A DNA stretch of 64,000 bases from a virus. Positions 10,062-21,500 of this stretch are shown in pieces. Every line of letters begins with the position of its first letter. The stretch's first letter is position 1. The notes below the pieces were generated by a model. That model did no database searches. It was given only the letters and a program-made list of their open reading frames with translations, and was not told the origin of the DNA. The position numbers and the translations under genes were made by a program. The stretch covers positions 1-64,000 of the IMG/VR virus record IMGVR_UViG_3300022668_000040. One strand, 5' to 3'.

Positions 10062-11213
10062 ATGGCGAATATCTGGCAACATCCTTCCATCATTGCCGCA
10101 GAAGCTTTGCGGCATCTTGAAAATTCTCTTATCATTGGGTCTTTGTGTACCCGAGATATCACCAGTGAATTTACCACTACCGCTAATGGATGGAAAAAGG
10201 GAGATGAAGTACCCTTTCGTACACATGGTGAGTACACAGTAGATGAGTTTTCTGGCAGTATATCTACTCAAAGTATTACCACATCTTCCAGAAGTCTGAA
10301 GATCGAAAAGCATTTTGATACTTCTGTGGAAGTGACTGCACGGGAAGAAACTTTGGAGCTTGATAGCTTTTCTGAGCAAGTTTTGCGTCCGACGATTTAT
10401 AAATTTGGGGAAACCATAGATCTTTATCTGGGCAGCAAAATTACCCAGGCTGCTGGTATGTACGTATCTCCGAATTTGTTTACAACTGCTGCTGATGTTG
10501 CTTTAGCACGTAGAGCGGCCATTATTCAGCAGTTGACTATGGACAGATTTTGCTTGGTAGATGTGGACACTGAGGCAGTGCTTTTGGGACAAGATTGGAT
10601 TAACCAATCACAGATCCGTGGGCGAGATGGTGAGCGTACTTTGCGCACGGGTATTCTTGGTGGTGCTATGGGAATGGAGTTTTACTCTTCTCTTGGGTTT
10701 CCAACCAATGAAATTGCCCATACTGCTGGAACAGGTACGGCTGTAACCAATAATGCAACTGATACTGATAATCAGATTGGGCAAACTGCACTCACTGTTG
10801 ATGCTGCTGCGGGTTCTTTTAATGCAGGGGATAGGCTCATGATTGCAGGAGTACGTAGACCTGTGATTGTAAAAACTACGATTGCAAGTGCTACAGGAGT
10901 AACCTCTATTGAATTGGTAGATCCAATCACAGAAACCATTCCTGATAATATGGCTATTACTGTAATTGGGTCTGGTTTGGATCTTACATATCATGGGGCT
11001 ATTTTTGATGGTAGATCATTGGCGATGGCATCCCCAATGTTGGAGAAACCAGCGGATAAAGTGGCTGCTGTTGCGTACTCTAACGGAATTTCTTTACGAA
11101 TTGTGAAGGGTTACGATATCAACACAAAAAGTACAGTTATGTCTATTGATATGCTGTTGGGTGCATTTATGCTTGATCCTCGGAGAGCCACTTTGCTGGC
11201 TGAAAGCGCATAA
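10062..11213 (+). CDS. major capsid protein (P22 coat-like, HK97 fold)
   Basis: MAN...IIAAEAL.HLEN.L, KKGD, C-terminal GISLRIV.GYD....SIDML.G; GGAG SD. Confidence 0.88.
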   Translation: MANIWQHPSIIAAEALRHLENSLIIGSLCTRDITSEFTTTANGWKKGDEVPFRTHGEYTVDEFSGSISTQSITTSSRSLKIEKHFDTSVEVTAREETLELDSFSEQVLRPTIYKFGETIDLYLGSKITQAAGMYVSPNLFTTAADVALARRAAIIQQLTMDRFCLVDVDTEAVLLGQDWINQSQIRGRDGERTLRTGILGGAMGMEFYSSLGFPTNEIAHTAGTGTAVTNNATDTDNQIGQTALTVDAAAGSFNAGDRLMIAGVRRPVIVKTTIASATGVTSIELVDPITETIPDNMAITVIGSGLDLTYHGAIFDGRSLAMASPMLEKPADKVAAVAYSNGISLRIVKGYDINTKSTVMSIDMLLGAFMLDPRRATLLAESA

Positions 11214-11230
11214 ACTGGAGGTAATTAACT

Positions 11231-11566
11231 ATGTATATGTATAAAGGAGATGCTGAGGCTGTTGTGACTAAGCAACAGGTCCCAGCAATGGAAAAATGTG
11301 GCTGGTGTAAAACCAAAAATGAAGCTATTGAAGCTTCTGGGGATGCCCTTGGAAAGGAGGACACCCCTTTGAGTACAGACCCTATCTCTGAAATGAAAAA
11401 CGAGTCTGTGGAAGTGGAAGAAGAATCTATTTCTGATGGCAATACAGAAAAAGATTCTTCTGAGAATGAAATGGATAAGAAGCCAGCTACTCGCCAAAGC
11501 AACAGAGGAAAATCTACTTCAAATCGAGGCAGGAAGCCATCAATAACTAAGATTACCAAAAAGTGA
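11231..11566 (+). CDS. hypothetical head-associated protein
   Basis: GGAGG SD; acidic middle and basic tail; follows the capsid gene. Confidence 0.6.
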   Translation: MYMYKGDAEAVVTKQQVPAMEKCGWCKTKNEAIEASGDALGKEDTPLSTDPISEMKNESVEVEEESISDGNTEKDSSENEMDKKPATRQSNRGKSTSNRGRKPSITKITKK

Positions 11567-11583
11567 TCTTTTGAGGACATAAA

Positions 11584-12087
11584 ATGGCACTTATCGCGAC
11601 TGTAGGGGGCACAAATACCAATTCATACCCCACCATTGCTGAAGCTAATATTTACTTTGAAGATAGGTTACACACAAGTGCCTGGGATGCTTCAGAGGAG
11701 CAGGCAGCGGCATTAATTATGGGATCAAGGATGTTGGATTGGTATTTGCCTTGGAAAGGATACAAAGCTACGGAAAGTCAGGCTATGCAATGGCCGCGAA
11801 CAGAAGTAGTTCGTCCAGATGGAACAGAAGTGGATAGTGCCATTATTCCAAGTGAAGTAAAAATAGCTGTATTTGAACTTTCCCTTGTTTCTTTATCCAT
11901 AGATAGAGTTGCTGATAATCCATTGGCGGGAATCGAACAGATAAAGGCAGGCTCTTTGATGATAAAAGCAGATAATGGAGATGCTGATTCTACTTCTATT
12001 AAAATCATTCCTGATCATGTCAAAAATATTGTATCAGATCTGTATATCAGAGGGATGCTTGGCGTTGTGAGGTTGAACAGAGCATAA
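11584..12087 (+). CDS. head-tail adaptor (DnaT-like family)
   Basis: NSYPTIAEANIYF, WKGYK...QAMQWPR, IPSEVKIA motifs. Confidence 0.8.
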   Translation: MALIATVGGTNTNSYPTIAEANIYFEDRLHTSAWDASEEQAAALIMGSRMLDWYLPWKGYKATESQAMQWPRTEVVRPDGTEVDSAIIPSEVKIAVFELSLVSLSIDRVADNPLAGIEQIKAGSLMIKADNGDADSTSIKIIPDHVKNIVSDLYIRGMLGVVRLNRA

Positions 12088-12449
12088 TGGATTTACAATC
12101 AGTATTTAATGCAGGCATTGAAACACTGTTCACTGTGTTAAAATCAGCAGTACATCAGGCCGTATATATTACGATGGATGATAATGGGTTTGATCCTATT
12201 GTGGAGACATCCCATGAAAATGTGCGGCTAATTTTTGATAATTACAAACAGGGGGATATGAATCCCCCATCTTTTGTTAAGCTTATTCAGCCCACAGATA
12301 CACTAGGTATTGTTCCCAGTAAAGATTTACCGGAAGTGGTCAACGCAAATAACATTATGGATGTAGAGGGAAGAAGGTTCACTATTGTGGCGTTTGATAC
12401 TGATCCACTAAATGTAGCATACATCTTTTTATTGAGAGATATTAAGTAA
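12087..12449 (+). CDS. putative head-closure/stopper protein
   Basis: Position, size and C-terminal beta pattern (GRRFTIVAFDTDP...YIFLLR). Confidence 0.55.
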   Translation: MDLQSVFNAGIETLFTVLKSAVHQAVYITMDDNGFDPIVETSHENVRLIFDNYKQGDMNPPSFVKLIQPTDTLGIVPSKDLPEVVNANNIMDVEGRRFTIVAFDTDPLNVAYIFLLRDIK

Positions 12450-12910
12450 TGGCTAAATTGGAGGATATAGTATCCATTTTTTCCCGTGCAGCGGAAACAA
12501 TAAGACCGGCTATCCGTAATGTTCTATTTGCTGAAAGCAATGATTTGTCCAGAGAATTTCAGGAACGATCTCCAATTGATACTGGGGAGTATGCGGGCAA
12601 TTGGAAAGTAAAAAGATCCAATTATTTGCCTGGAAATATTATAGCATCTTATACAGTATTTAACGATACAGATGATTATGGAATATTCATGGAGTTCGGA
12701 GCTACCCCTGGAGAAGCACCTTGGTATTTTGAGGGATCTTCTGATTCTGGAAAATTGGGAATTTCTGAGGGCAAAGTTTGGGCAGGTGGATTAGAACCAG
12801 GATTTTCCAATACAGTAGGGGGAGCAGTGGGACCAACTCTCTTGGATAACCAACAAAGATTGGATAGAATAGCGAACACCATTGCAGATGTTATTATAAG
12901 GAAGCTTTAG
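12449..12910 (+). CDS. HK97 gp10-like tail completion protein
   Basis: SPIDTG...NW and YGIFMEFG motifs. Confidence 0.75.
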   Translation: MAKLEDIVSIFSRAAETIRPAIRNVLFAESNDLSREFQERSPIDTGEYAGNWKVKRSNYLPGNIIASYTVFNDTDDYGIFMEFGATPGEAPWYFEGSSDSGKLGISEGKVWAGGLEPGFSNTVGGAVGPTLLDNQQRLDRIANTIADVIIRKL

Positions 12911-12912
12911 GT

Positions 12913-13350
12913 ATGTTACAAAGAAAAGGTGCAGTAACAGCTTTGTACAATAGGGTTAAAGGTAAACGAGTTGAATTAGGATTATCCTCTTTTAAGTATA
13001 CTCCCACTCCGCCGCTACGAGAGGAGATGTTGCCTGCTGTTTTTCTTTCCGAGGGAACAGATATACCAGTAAAGCCCAATTCCAGAGGAAAATTGATCTA
13101 TCCTTGTACGAGAAGATTGGAAATATCTTTGGAGATAGTCGATTTAAACAGGAATGCTGTTTGGGATTTATTCTTAAACACTAGGAAAACCGTGTTTACA
13201 GGGGAGGGAGAAAATGTAATTGATCCAGTTTTGTTTGAAACTTCATTTATTTCAGAGAATCGCACAGAAGGGCCTTTAGGGTATCAATTACCGGGGGCCA
13301 TTGGTATGAGACTTGTTTTGGATCTCATTTACACTGATAAAGGATTTTAA
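12913..13350 (+). CDS. putative tail terminator
   Basis: LPAVFLSEG motif; lies directly before the tail tube gene. Confidence 0.55.
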   Translation: MLQRKGAVTALYNRVKGKRVELGLSSFKYTPTPPLREEMLPAVFLSEGTDIPVKPNSRGKLIYPCTRRLEISLEIVDLNRNAVWDLFLNTRKTVFTGEGENVIDPVLFETSFISENRTEGPLGYQLPGAIGMRLVLDLIYTDKGF

Positions 13351-13365
13351 AGAGGAAAATACATC

Positions 13366-14406
13366 ATGGCTACGAATATGTCACCCAGCCCGGAAAATTA
13401 CACCCTTGGTAAGGGGGTTCCTTACTTTGATAGACTTAGTCCTACAACAGGGCTGCACACAGGGGAGCTTGATCTTGGCAATGCTCCGACATTTTCTTTC
13501 TCAATTGCAATTGAGAAATTGGAACACTATAGTTCCAGAGGCGGCCTTTCTGCCAAGGATAAGGAAATTACACGACAGATTACCCCATCATTAGCATTCA
13601 CTTTGGATGAAATTAACGTGCAAAACGTTTCTCTTCTTACATTAGGAGAAATAAACGAAATTTCTGCCGGGAGTGGAACTGAATCTGCCGAAGCTATTAC
13701 TGCATTTGTTGGTAAACGTACAGATCTTGCACATAGAGGAATTGGAAAGGTGTATTCTCTCCCCTACGATGATTCTGCCGCAGATAATGTGGCTTTCGTG
13801 CCGGGAGAAATTGTCTCTGGAGCGACTGGGGCAGGAATTGTCTTGGCTGTAACTGGAGATGCTACATCAGGAACACTCACTATTGCCTTGATTAGTGCTG
13901 GTTTTGTTGATGATGAAACTTTGACTGGTTCAGTCGCAGGCAGCGCTGAGGTAAATTCAACATCAGGGGAAGTAGAACTTTCCACTACTCCCGTTATTGC
14001 CGTACTTGATCAAGCAGATCCGTCTGGAGCTACAGCATACACTGCTGGAGTTGATTACGTTATTGACACTTCCTTGAAAGATGACAAAATAGGAAGAATT
14101 AGATTTCCAAACACTACCACAATTCCTGATGGATCAACAGTGTATGTGTTTTATGAGTATGCGTTTGCAGCGTATTCTGAGATTCAATTGTTTAAAGATA
14201 CACAAATTGAGGGTCGCATTCGATTTGTATCTGATAACCCAGCAGGCAATAATCAAGAAGTAGGGTTTTGGAAAGTATCCCTAACTCCTGCCGGAGATAC
14301 TGCTCTAATTGGGGATGATTGGTCTACCCTTAGTTTTACTGGGGAAGTGTTGAAAGATGAGGTTAATCATCCAAATAGTCCATATGGATATATCATAATG
14401 GATTAA
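13366..14406 (+). CDS. major tail tube protein
   Basis: NYTLGKG, LGNAP.F, EHYSSRGG, V.LTP.GD..LIGDDW..L.FTGEVL; no sheath gene nearby. Confidence 0.8.
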   Translation: MATNMSPSPENYTLGKGVPYFDRLSPTTGLHTGELDLGNAPTFSFSIAIEKLEHYSSRGGLSAKDKEITRQITPSLAFTLDEINVQNVSLLTLGEINEISAGSGTESAEAITAFVGKRTDLAHRGIGKVYSLPYDDSAADNVAFVPGEIVSGATGAGIVLAVTGDATSGTLTIALISAGFVDDETLTGSVAGSAEVNSTSGEVELSTTPVIAVLDQADPSGATAYTAGVDYVIDTSLKDDKIGRIRFPNTTTIPDGSTVYVFYEYAFAAYSEIQLFKDTQIEGRIRFVSDNPAGNNQEVGFWKVSLTPAGDTALIGDDWSTLSFTGEVLKDEVNHPNSPYGYIIMD

Positions 14407-14414
14407 ATTTTTGA

Positions 14415-14444
14415 GCTTATGTGCGAGTAATCTCGCACATAAGC
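14415..14444 (+). terminator. hairpin after the tail tube gene (attenuator or mRNA stabiliser)
   Basis: gcttatgtgcgag-taat-ctcgcacataagc perfect 13-bp stem; no U-tract. Confidence 0.45.
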
Positions 14445-14456
14445 ATGGAGAGAAAT

Positions 14457-14903
14457 ATGAATATGAATGAAAAACAAAGTCTCAACGTTGATTTTAATGA
14501 GCTTCTCCCAGGGGAATCCATGCCAATTGGAAATCAATCAGTTATGATTCGTCCTTTGGGATTTATGAAGTTAGCTGGCATTATAAAGCAAGTAAAAGGG
14601 CTTCTCAAAATTTTTGAAGAGCAAGAAGTTACTTGGGATAATTTTCAATCCCCGGAGAAATTTGTAGCCCTTGCCGAAATTATAATGATAAATGCTCCAG
14701 AGATACTGTCAGAAGCCTCTAATATTGAGTTAGCAGATTTGGGACAATTGCCTTTGGATATTATTCTTCAGATCCTGGATAAAGTGGTTGAAGTAAATAT
14801 GAAAAGTAAGGATGCTTTGGTGGGAAACTTCAAAAGCTTAGTGAAGAGACTGGGCCTTCAGCTGGAGGAGAAGGACAAATCTACAGAGCCGCTCAAAAAT
14901 TAA
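14457..14903 (+). CDS. tail assembly chaperone (gpG-like)
   Basis: Between tail tube and TMP; ATG 14457 after GGAG; contains slippery G-GGA-AAC at 14822-14828. Confidence 0.75.
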   Translation: MNMNEKQSLNVDFNELLPGESMPIGNQSVMIRPLGFMKLAGIIKQVKGLLKIFEEQEVTWDNFQSPEKFVALAEIIMINAPEILSEASNIELADLGQLPLDIILQILDKVVEVNMKSKDALVGNFKSLVKRLGLQLEEKDKSTEPLKN

Positions 14904-15166
14904 TTGAGCATGGGCATTCTTGGCTAAGCATTCAAGAGTATTCTCTGGCAGAAATAGGGGGGTTTTTGAGCACCATTCTGGAAATGGAAAAGGAAAAACG
15001 TGCTGAAAACCTTCAATATATGTGGATGTCCCACAATCTACAATATAAAGGACTACAAGAAGTGTTGGAAAAAATAAGTAAGGGAAGTACAAAGCCAAAA
15101 GAACCAACAGTTGACGAAGTTCAAGATAGTTGGAGAAGGTTAAAAGCGCGTATGAGCGGGTTGTGA
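14822..15166 (+). CDS. -1 frameshift extension of the tail chaperone (gpGT-like)
   Basis: -1 frame open from GGGAAAC to 15166, encoding ...LIEHGHSWLSIQEYSLAEI...EVQDSWRRLKARMSGL. Confidence 0.75.
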   Translation, partial: GKLQKLSEETGPSAGGEGQIYRAAQKLIEHGHSWLSIQEYSLAEIGGFLSTILEMEKEKRAENLQYMWMSHNLQYKGLQEVLEKISKGSTKPKEPTVDEVQDSWRRLKARMSGL

Positions 15167-15289
15167 ATAGGAAAGTGGGAAAGGTTAATCTCACAGGGAT
15201 AAACTCTTGGTAAATACAGCTCATTTGTCAAGAGTTTATTGTATAATGAAGTTCATGAAGAAATTAAAACTATTTTAGAAGGTATAGTA

Positions 15290-15478
15290 ATGAACGAACA
15301 AGTGGAGATAAGAATAAGTGTATCAGAAGTCACGCCCGAACAATTGGAAATAATTTCCAAACAAATGAAAAAGATTATGGTGGAGGTAAATAAAGAGGAA
15401 AGAAATGAAAAAGAGATAGAAATGAAGGAAATTCAAGATGGTTGGAAAAGGTTAAAACATTGGGCAAATGGCAGATAA
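15290..15478 (+). CDS. small chimeric protein resembling the TMP N-terminus and gpGT C-terminus
   Basis: ATG 15290 after GAAGG; ends EIQDGWKRLK; see findings. Confidence 0.55.
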   Translation: MNEQVEIRISVSEVTPEQLEIISKQMKKIMVEVNKEERNEKEIEMKEIQDGWKRLKHWANGR

Positions 15479-15526
15479 GAAGAAAGTAAAGAGTGATACA
15501 TAAGGTTACAATTTTGAGGTAATATA

Positions 15527-18500
15527 ATGGCAGAGAGAAGTGTAAATATAAAACTTAATGTAACTGGAACTTCTCCTGCGCAATTAAAAGCACTTGCTGA
15601 GGGGTTTTCTAGTATCAGTGAGGCTGTTAATGTAGTATCTGATACTATATTTCAATTAAAGAGAAAATTTGGATCTTTAAAAGCTCCTAAAGCAATTTCT
15701 CAGGTTGCAAATGATCTAAAAAAATTATCAAAAATAAATTCTGGTAATTTATCCAAAATTACTGATGACCTATCAAGTTTGCAGAAGGTGAAAGTAGATC
15801 CTTCTTCTATCCAAAATTTGATAAATTCACTTACCTCTCTTAAAGGAATTAAAATTCCTTCTCTGAAAAATTTTGTTTCTAGTTTGGAAGCAATATCAAA
15901 AATAGATATATCCAAAACAAGTACAAACATAGTAAGTTTGTCTACTTCATTAGATTCTTTATCCAATAGAAAATTTCCAAGTGTTACCACATTGGTATCT
16001 GGTTTGAAAAAACTAATATCATTGGATCTTGCCGGAGTAATCAATAAAATTAAAGATTTAGACAGTGCTATTAGGTTATTGGATAAGGCAGGGTACTTGA
16101 AAAGCTTTGCCTCTTTTGCCAACAATCTAAATAAAATCGCATCTTCTTTAGAAAAAACAAAAAAATCTTTAGATGGATATAAAGTAAGTGTTGCACAAGC
16201 AGCTAAGTCTACTAAAAGCTTTGGTGATAGAATACAGGCATATTTTGAGTATCGAGTAGTTGCAGATGCTATTATGGCTATCAAGTCAGCAGTGTATGGA
16301 ACTATTGACGCGGTAAAGTTGTATGATCAATCTTTAAAAGATTTGCAAGCTATTACTGGTGCTACAGCACTTGAAGTAACGCAGATGGGAGAAAAGATTA
16401 AGGAAGTTGCAGGAACTACCAAATTTTCTGCTCAGGAAGTTGCTGATGGTATGAAAACTTTAGGCCAAGCTGGATTTTCAGCTGCTGAAGCTGTAGAAAC
16501 CATGCAGGCTGTATCAGATTTAGCAACTGGTACTTTATCCACTATGGGATCAACTGTGGATTTAGTAACCACAGCCATGCGTGTGTTTAATTTTCAGGCT
16601 TCAGAATCTGGCAAAGTGGCCGATGTATTTGCAAATGCTGTCAATAAGTCCAAACTTACCATTGATAAGTTACGAACTTCTTTCAATTATGTGGGGCCGA
16701 TTGCAAAGGATGCAGGTATATCTTTTGAAGAAGTAAGTGCATCTATGATGACTTTGGCTAATACTGGGCTACGTGCAAGTACAATAGGTACCGGATTACG
16801 TAACGTGTTTTCCCTTTTGGTAAAACCATCAGAAAAATTACGGAATGCAGTCAAAGATGCAGGCTTATCAATGGGGGATATTGATCCACAGACTAGAAGC
16901 TTGAAAGAGGTAATACAAAATCTTGGTCTTGTGGTAAATTCCACTGGAACAGCTTTTGATATATTTGGAAAACGTGGGGCCGGAGCTGTATTAGCATTAT
17001 CCAAATCAGGGGGGCAGTATGAAAGTCTATTACAAACAGTTCGGGATTCTGGCACAGCTGCCAGAATGGCAAGCACCCAGATGGAGGGTTTAGGGGTATC
17101 TTTTAAAAATCTAAAGGATAAGTTTGGATTATTGGCTATTTCTATAGGAAATCTAGGAATAGCGGATGCTATGAGAATTATAGTAGATGTGGGAAGAAAA
17201 GTAATAGATGTAATCACTGCTTTGACCGATACTGCTTTGGTTCAATTTATTGGTAAAATGACATTGACCATTGTAGCTGTAAATGGATTGGTTACAGCTT
17301 TTACAGCTATTAAATCATTGAATTTATTGGCGACTATTAGTGGGTTCATATCTGGTATCCAATCTGCAACAACTGCATTGATAGCTTCTGAAGCTTCTGT
17401 GTCAAGTTTAGCTTTGACTTTAGGTCCTATTGTCGCAGTATTGGGACTTATTGCTGCTGGAGCAATATACGCATTTTCTTCTTTAGGGCATGCAAAAGAG
17501 GCTTCTGAAGAAGCCGCTAAGTTAGCTGATCGTTATAGAAGCCTAAGTAATTATATTCAAGATTATAAAGTAAAAGCAGCTAATATGAAAGAGGGTTCCG
17601 ATGAACTTCTTTCATCCAATAAAGAATTGCGCATCAAACTTCTTGAAGTAGCTTCAGGAATTTCTGATGTATCAAATGAGGCAGAAAGGGCAGCTGCATC
17701 TATTGATCCCTTGACCGGAGAGATTTTAGATGGTGGGGAAGCTCTAAAAAAATATAATGCTGAATTAAAGAAGCTAACACTTCAAAAGTTAATAGAATCA
17801 ACAAACGAAGCAGGAAAAAATATCACAGCTGTTTCTGGAAGAATGAACCAGTTTCTAAACTGGTTCAAGGATGCTGCCGCACAAGCCAGCACTGCTATTT
17901 CAGGTTTAGGTGCCAAAGCAGGGGCTGTGATGGATGGCGAATTTGAGAAGGGAAATAAATTATTAGAAAAATCTCAAAAAGATATTGAAAAATACACTGC
18001 TAACATAATAAAAGCAATGAATTTTTCAAAAGCTTTAAGAAAAGGTGAGGTGGATTTCAAAGCATTTGGAGAATTTGTTAATTCTTTGGATATGTCAAAT
18101 CTTACTTCTCAACAAAAGGATTTGGTGGAGTCTTTTAATATTCTTAATGATAGTGCTAATAAATTATCTGAAGAGTTGAAGGAACAAGGAAAGATAGATC
18201 TAAATGATACTATAGAAAATATTGAAAAAATAGCAAAAAGTTATGGGATTGTTGGAAATGAGCTTCAAGCAACAGTTGCTAAATTGGCTGTGATGAAGAA
18301 ATTACATGAGGAATCCAGCAAAAGTATAATAGAAAAATGGGGGAATGATGCAAAAGACACCACCGAATCTACTGAAGAATTAATTACATCCTTTGAGAAA
18401 GCTGGAGGAAAAATTTCAGTAGAGCAAAAGGAGCAAATGAAACTGTCGGAAGATGCCAAGAAAAAATTAATAGATGAATTAAATACTGCCAAAAAGGTTA

Positions 18501-21500
18501 GAAATGCGAAGATAAACGCAAAAATGGATGAGCGTGAAGCATATAAAGAGTTTTTTGCAGTTGTGCGTAAGTTAGAGAAAGAAGCTGAGGAAGTAAAAAA
18601 GGGGGACGCATCAAATACAGCGGCACAAACTATAAAAGAATTGCAAATTGCAGAAAAGGCATATACAGATCACGTTAATGAGCTAGAGGCTAAATATAAG
18701 GGAAAAGCAGAATTACTTGAAAAATATCTATCAGAAGCAGAAAGGGATTTTCAAGAAAAGCAAAAATCTCTTTTACAGCAAAGCACAGATCCTGCTGTTT
18801 TATTGGCAAATACCAAGGTTCAAATAAAAATCATTGAGGAGGAATATTCCAAATTTTATAAAGAAATAGAATTGGCATCTTTAAAAGAACATGCAAATAA
18901 AAAGGCTCTAAATGAAAAAAGAAGGGATTTAGAGTTGGAATTATCTGAAAAAATTAAAAGTATTTGGGAAAGTGTTGAGGACAGTATTGAAGAAAAAAAT
19001 TCAGCCACTGCACGTACAGTGTTAAAGAATAGACTAGATGCAGAAATTAAAAATAGCAAATTAGTGGCAAAAATAGCTCAACAATCCGCAAAAGAAACAA
19101 CCGATGCCCAAATTGCAGTGTATGAGGAAGCAAATAATAAAAGAGCAGTTGAGCAAGAATCTACATTATCCAAAATTGCTACTGCGGAAACTAATGGTGT
19201 TTTGACTCATGAAGAAGCAGAAGCTGCTAAATTACAAGTCTCTTTAAAATATTATGAACAAGCCTATATTGCGGCTAAGGATTATTTGGCACAAGTAAAT
19301 AAAGGTCAAAATCCTGATGAATATGAAAAAAGACAAGAGAATCTATTAAGTGCAGAGAAGGCATACTATGCAAAGAGAAAGTCTTTTGCAGAAAAATTTA
19401 ATTCTGAAATGGCTTCTATAGCTAAATCTTTGGAGAAAAAAGATGCGGCAAGAAAATCCTCTGTTGAATCTAATTTAGAGAAAATTCATAGATTAGAGAA
19501 TAAATTTGCTGAGGATAATAGTAAAATTCATTCTGATTATGTAGATAAGAGGGAAAAGAAAGATAGAAAGTATGCCGAGACTGTAGAGAAAATTGAACTA
19601 GGTTTATCTGACAAGATAGAAGATATCAATGAAAAATTGGTATCAGATCTTGATAAACTCAATAAAAAACGAACGGAAAATGCTGCCAATTTACAGGCTG
19701 CCCTTTTAGGTATTGAAAATGATACTGAAGATAAAATCAGAAAGATAAATCAAAGGGGCATGTCTGAATCTGAAAAAGATTTGGACAATGAAAAAGCTGC
19801 AAGAGAAAAGTTAGCTAAAGCAAAAGAATTACAACAAGAAGCTGAAGCTTCTGGAAACCAAGAACTTGCCAAACAAGCAGAGGATATGATTGGACAAGTT
19901 CAAGATTTAGCTGAAAATTTAAAAGATGCTAAAGATGCCAAAGAATTATTATATGATTCTAAAGATGCCCTAAAAGATAATGCAGCTATTCAGAATACTA
20001 TAGACAACCTTGCTTTAGAGAAGAAGGAGATAGAAGCAATAGCAGAGGTAGAGAAAAAGCGACTGGAAGCTAAAAATGATGCTGAAAAAGCCCTTACTGC
20101 CGCAGACAAAGCACACGAACGTGATTTGGCAGATATAGAAGAGTGGCAAACAAAAAAATTGGCTGCTACCGAATTAGCGTTTAATAAAGCTATATCTTTG
20201 GAAGATGCGAGACATCAAAAGGCAATGACTAACTTAGATAAGGAAATTGCCAAATTAAACGAACGAATGGGCTCAGTAAAAGAATTATCTTCTGTTACGG
20301 AATCTAGTTCTATTCAATCTAATGCCAAAGAAGATCAAAAGAGAACATCTTCAAGCAATGTTGAAGAAAATTTAAAATCTGTGACAACTGTGGCAGATAC
20401 AGCATTAGAAAAGTTAGGTATTGTTGACGAAAAAGCAAAGCAAGTTGCAAATGATAGTACATCTAAATTTACCTCTTCTATGCAGGAGATGACCCAAAAT
20501 GCTGTGGATGAACTTGAACAATTTATTGTTATCACCACAGCAACTGGGGAAAAGGTAATAACCACCGCTAACACAATGTCTACCGGATTCTCTGCTTTTG
20601 GAGATGTAGTAAAAACAGAACCTTTGGCTGCCATAGAGAAACTAAAAGAAAATACCATATCTATTAATGGAAAAGAAATTTCCATTCCTGTAAATTCTTC
20701 AGAAATATTGGAAGCATCGGATACCGTAGAAAAAATAAAGAATTCTTCGAGTTCTGAAATGGATATTACGGTAAATACGAATGATGCTTTAGAAAACATT
20801 GATGAAGTACAAAAAGAAGCTACAACAGAAATTTCTATACCCGTACAGGTGGATACAGAGGGGGTTGACACTTCCATAGAAAAGATAAATTCTGCAATTA
20901 CTGATATGGAGAATCCTTCAATAACTGTAGTTGTGGATAGAGAAGAGTTAGATTCACTTATCTCTTCGGTTCAATTATTAAGTGAATTGGAAACAGTAGT
21001 GGTTACATCTTCTGTAGTTGGGGCAGATAATGTTCAAGAATTGCTTACCTGGATACTTACATTAAATGGGGAAACGCCAAAAAATGTAAAAGTAATCACT
21101 GATGTTTCAGGTTTGGATGACACAGTCAAATTAAACCAATTGATAGATTCGTTAATAAATAAAACTGTAAAAGTGATAACTGAGGTACTAGGACTTTCTG
21201 ATGTACTAAAATTAAAAGCATCCATTGATAGCCTAAAAGATAAGACAGTAACTGTTACAACTATCAAAAAAACAGTAGAGAAGAAAGCTGGGGGAGGAGA
21301 AGTTGGATTTTTTGCTGAAGGTGGTTCTGTTTTTCGTAGATTAACAAAAAGGTTTATATCCGCTGGATCTGGGCTTCGGGATGATGTTCCAGCAATGCTC
21401 ATGAAAGGCGAATTTGTCCACACTGTGGATGCAGTAAGGAAATATGGACGTAATTTTATGGAAATGGTAAACAACGGATCATTTCCAGTTTCTTTGGCGA

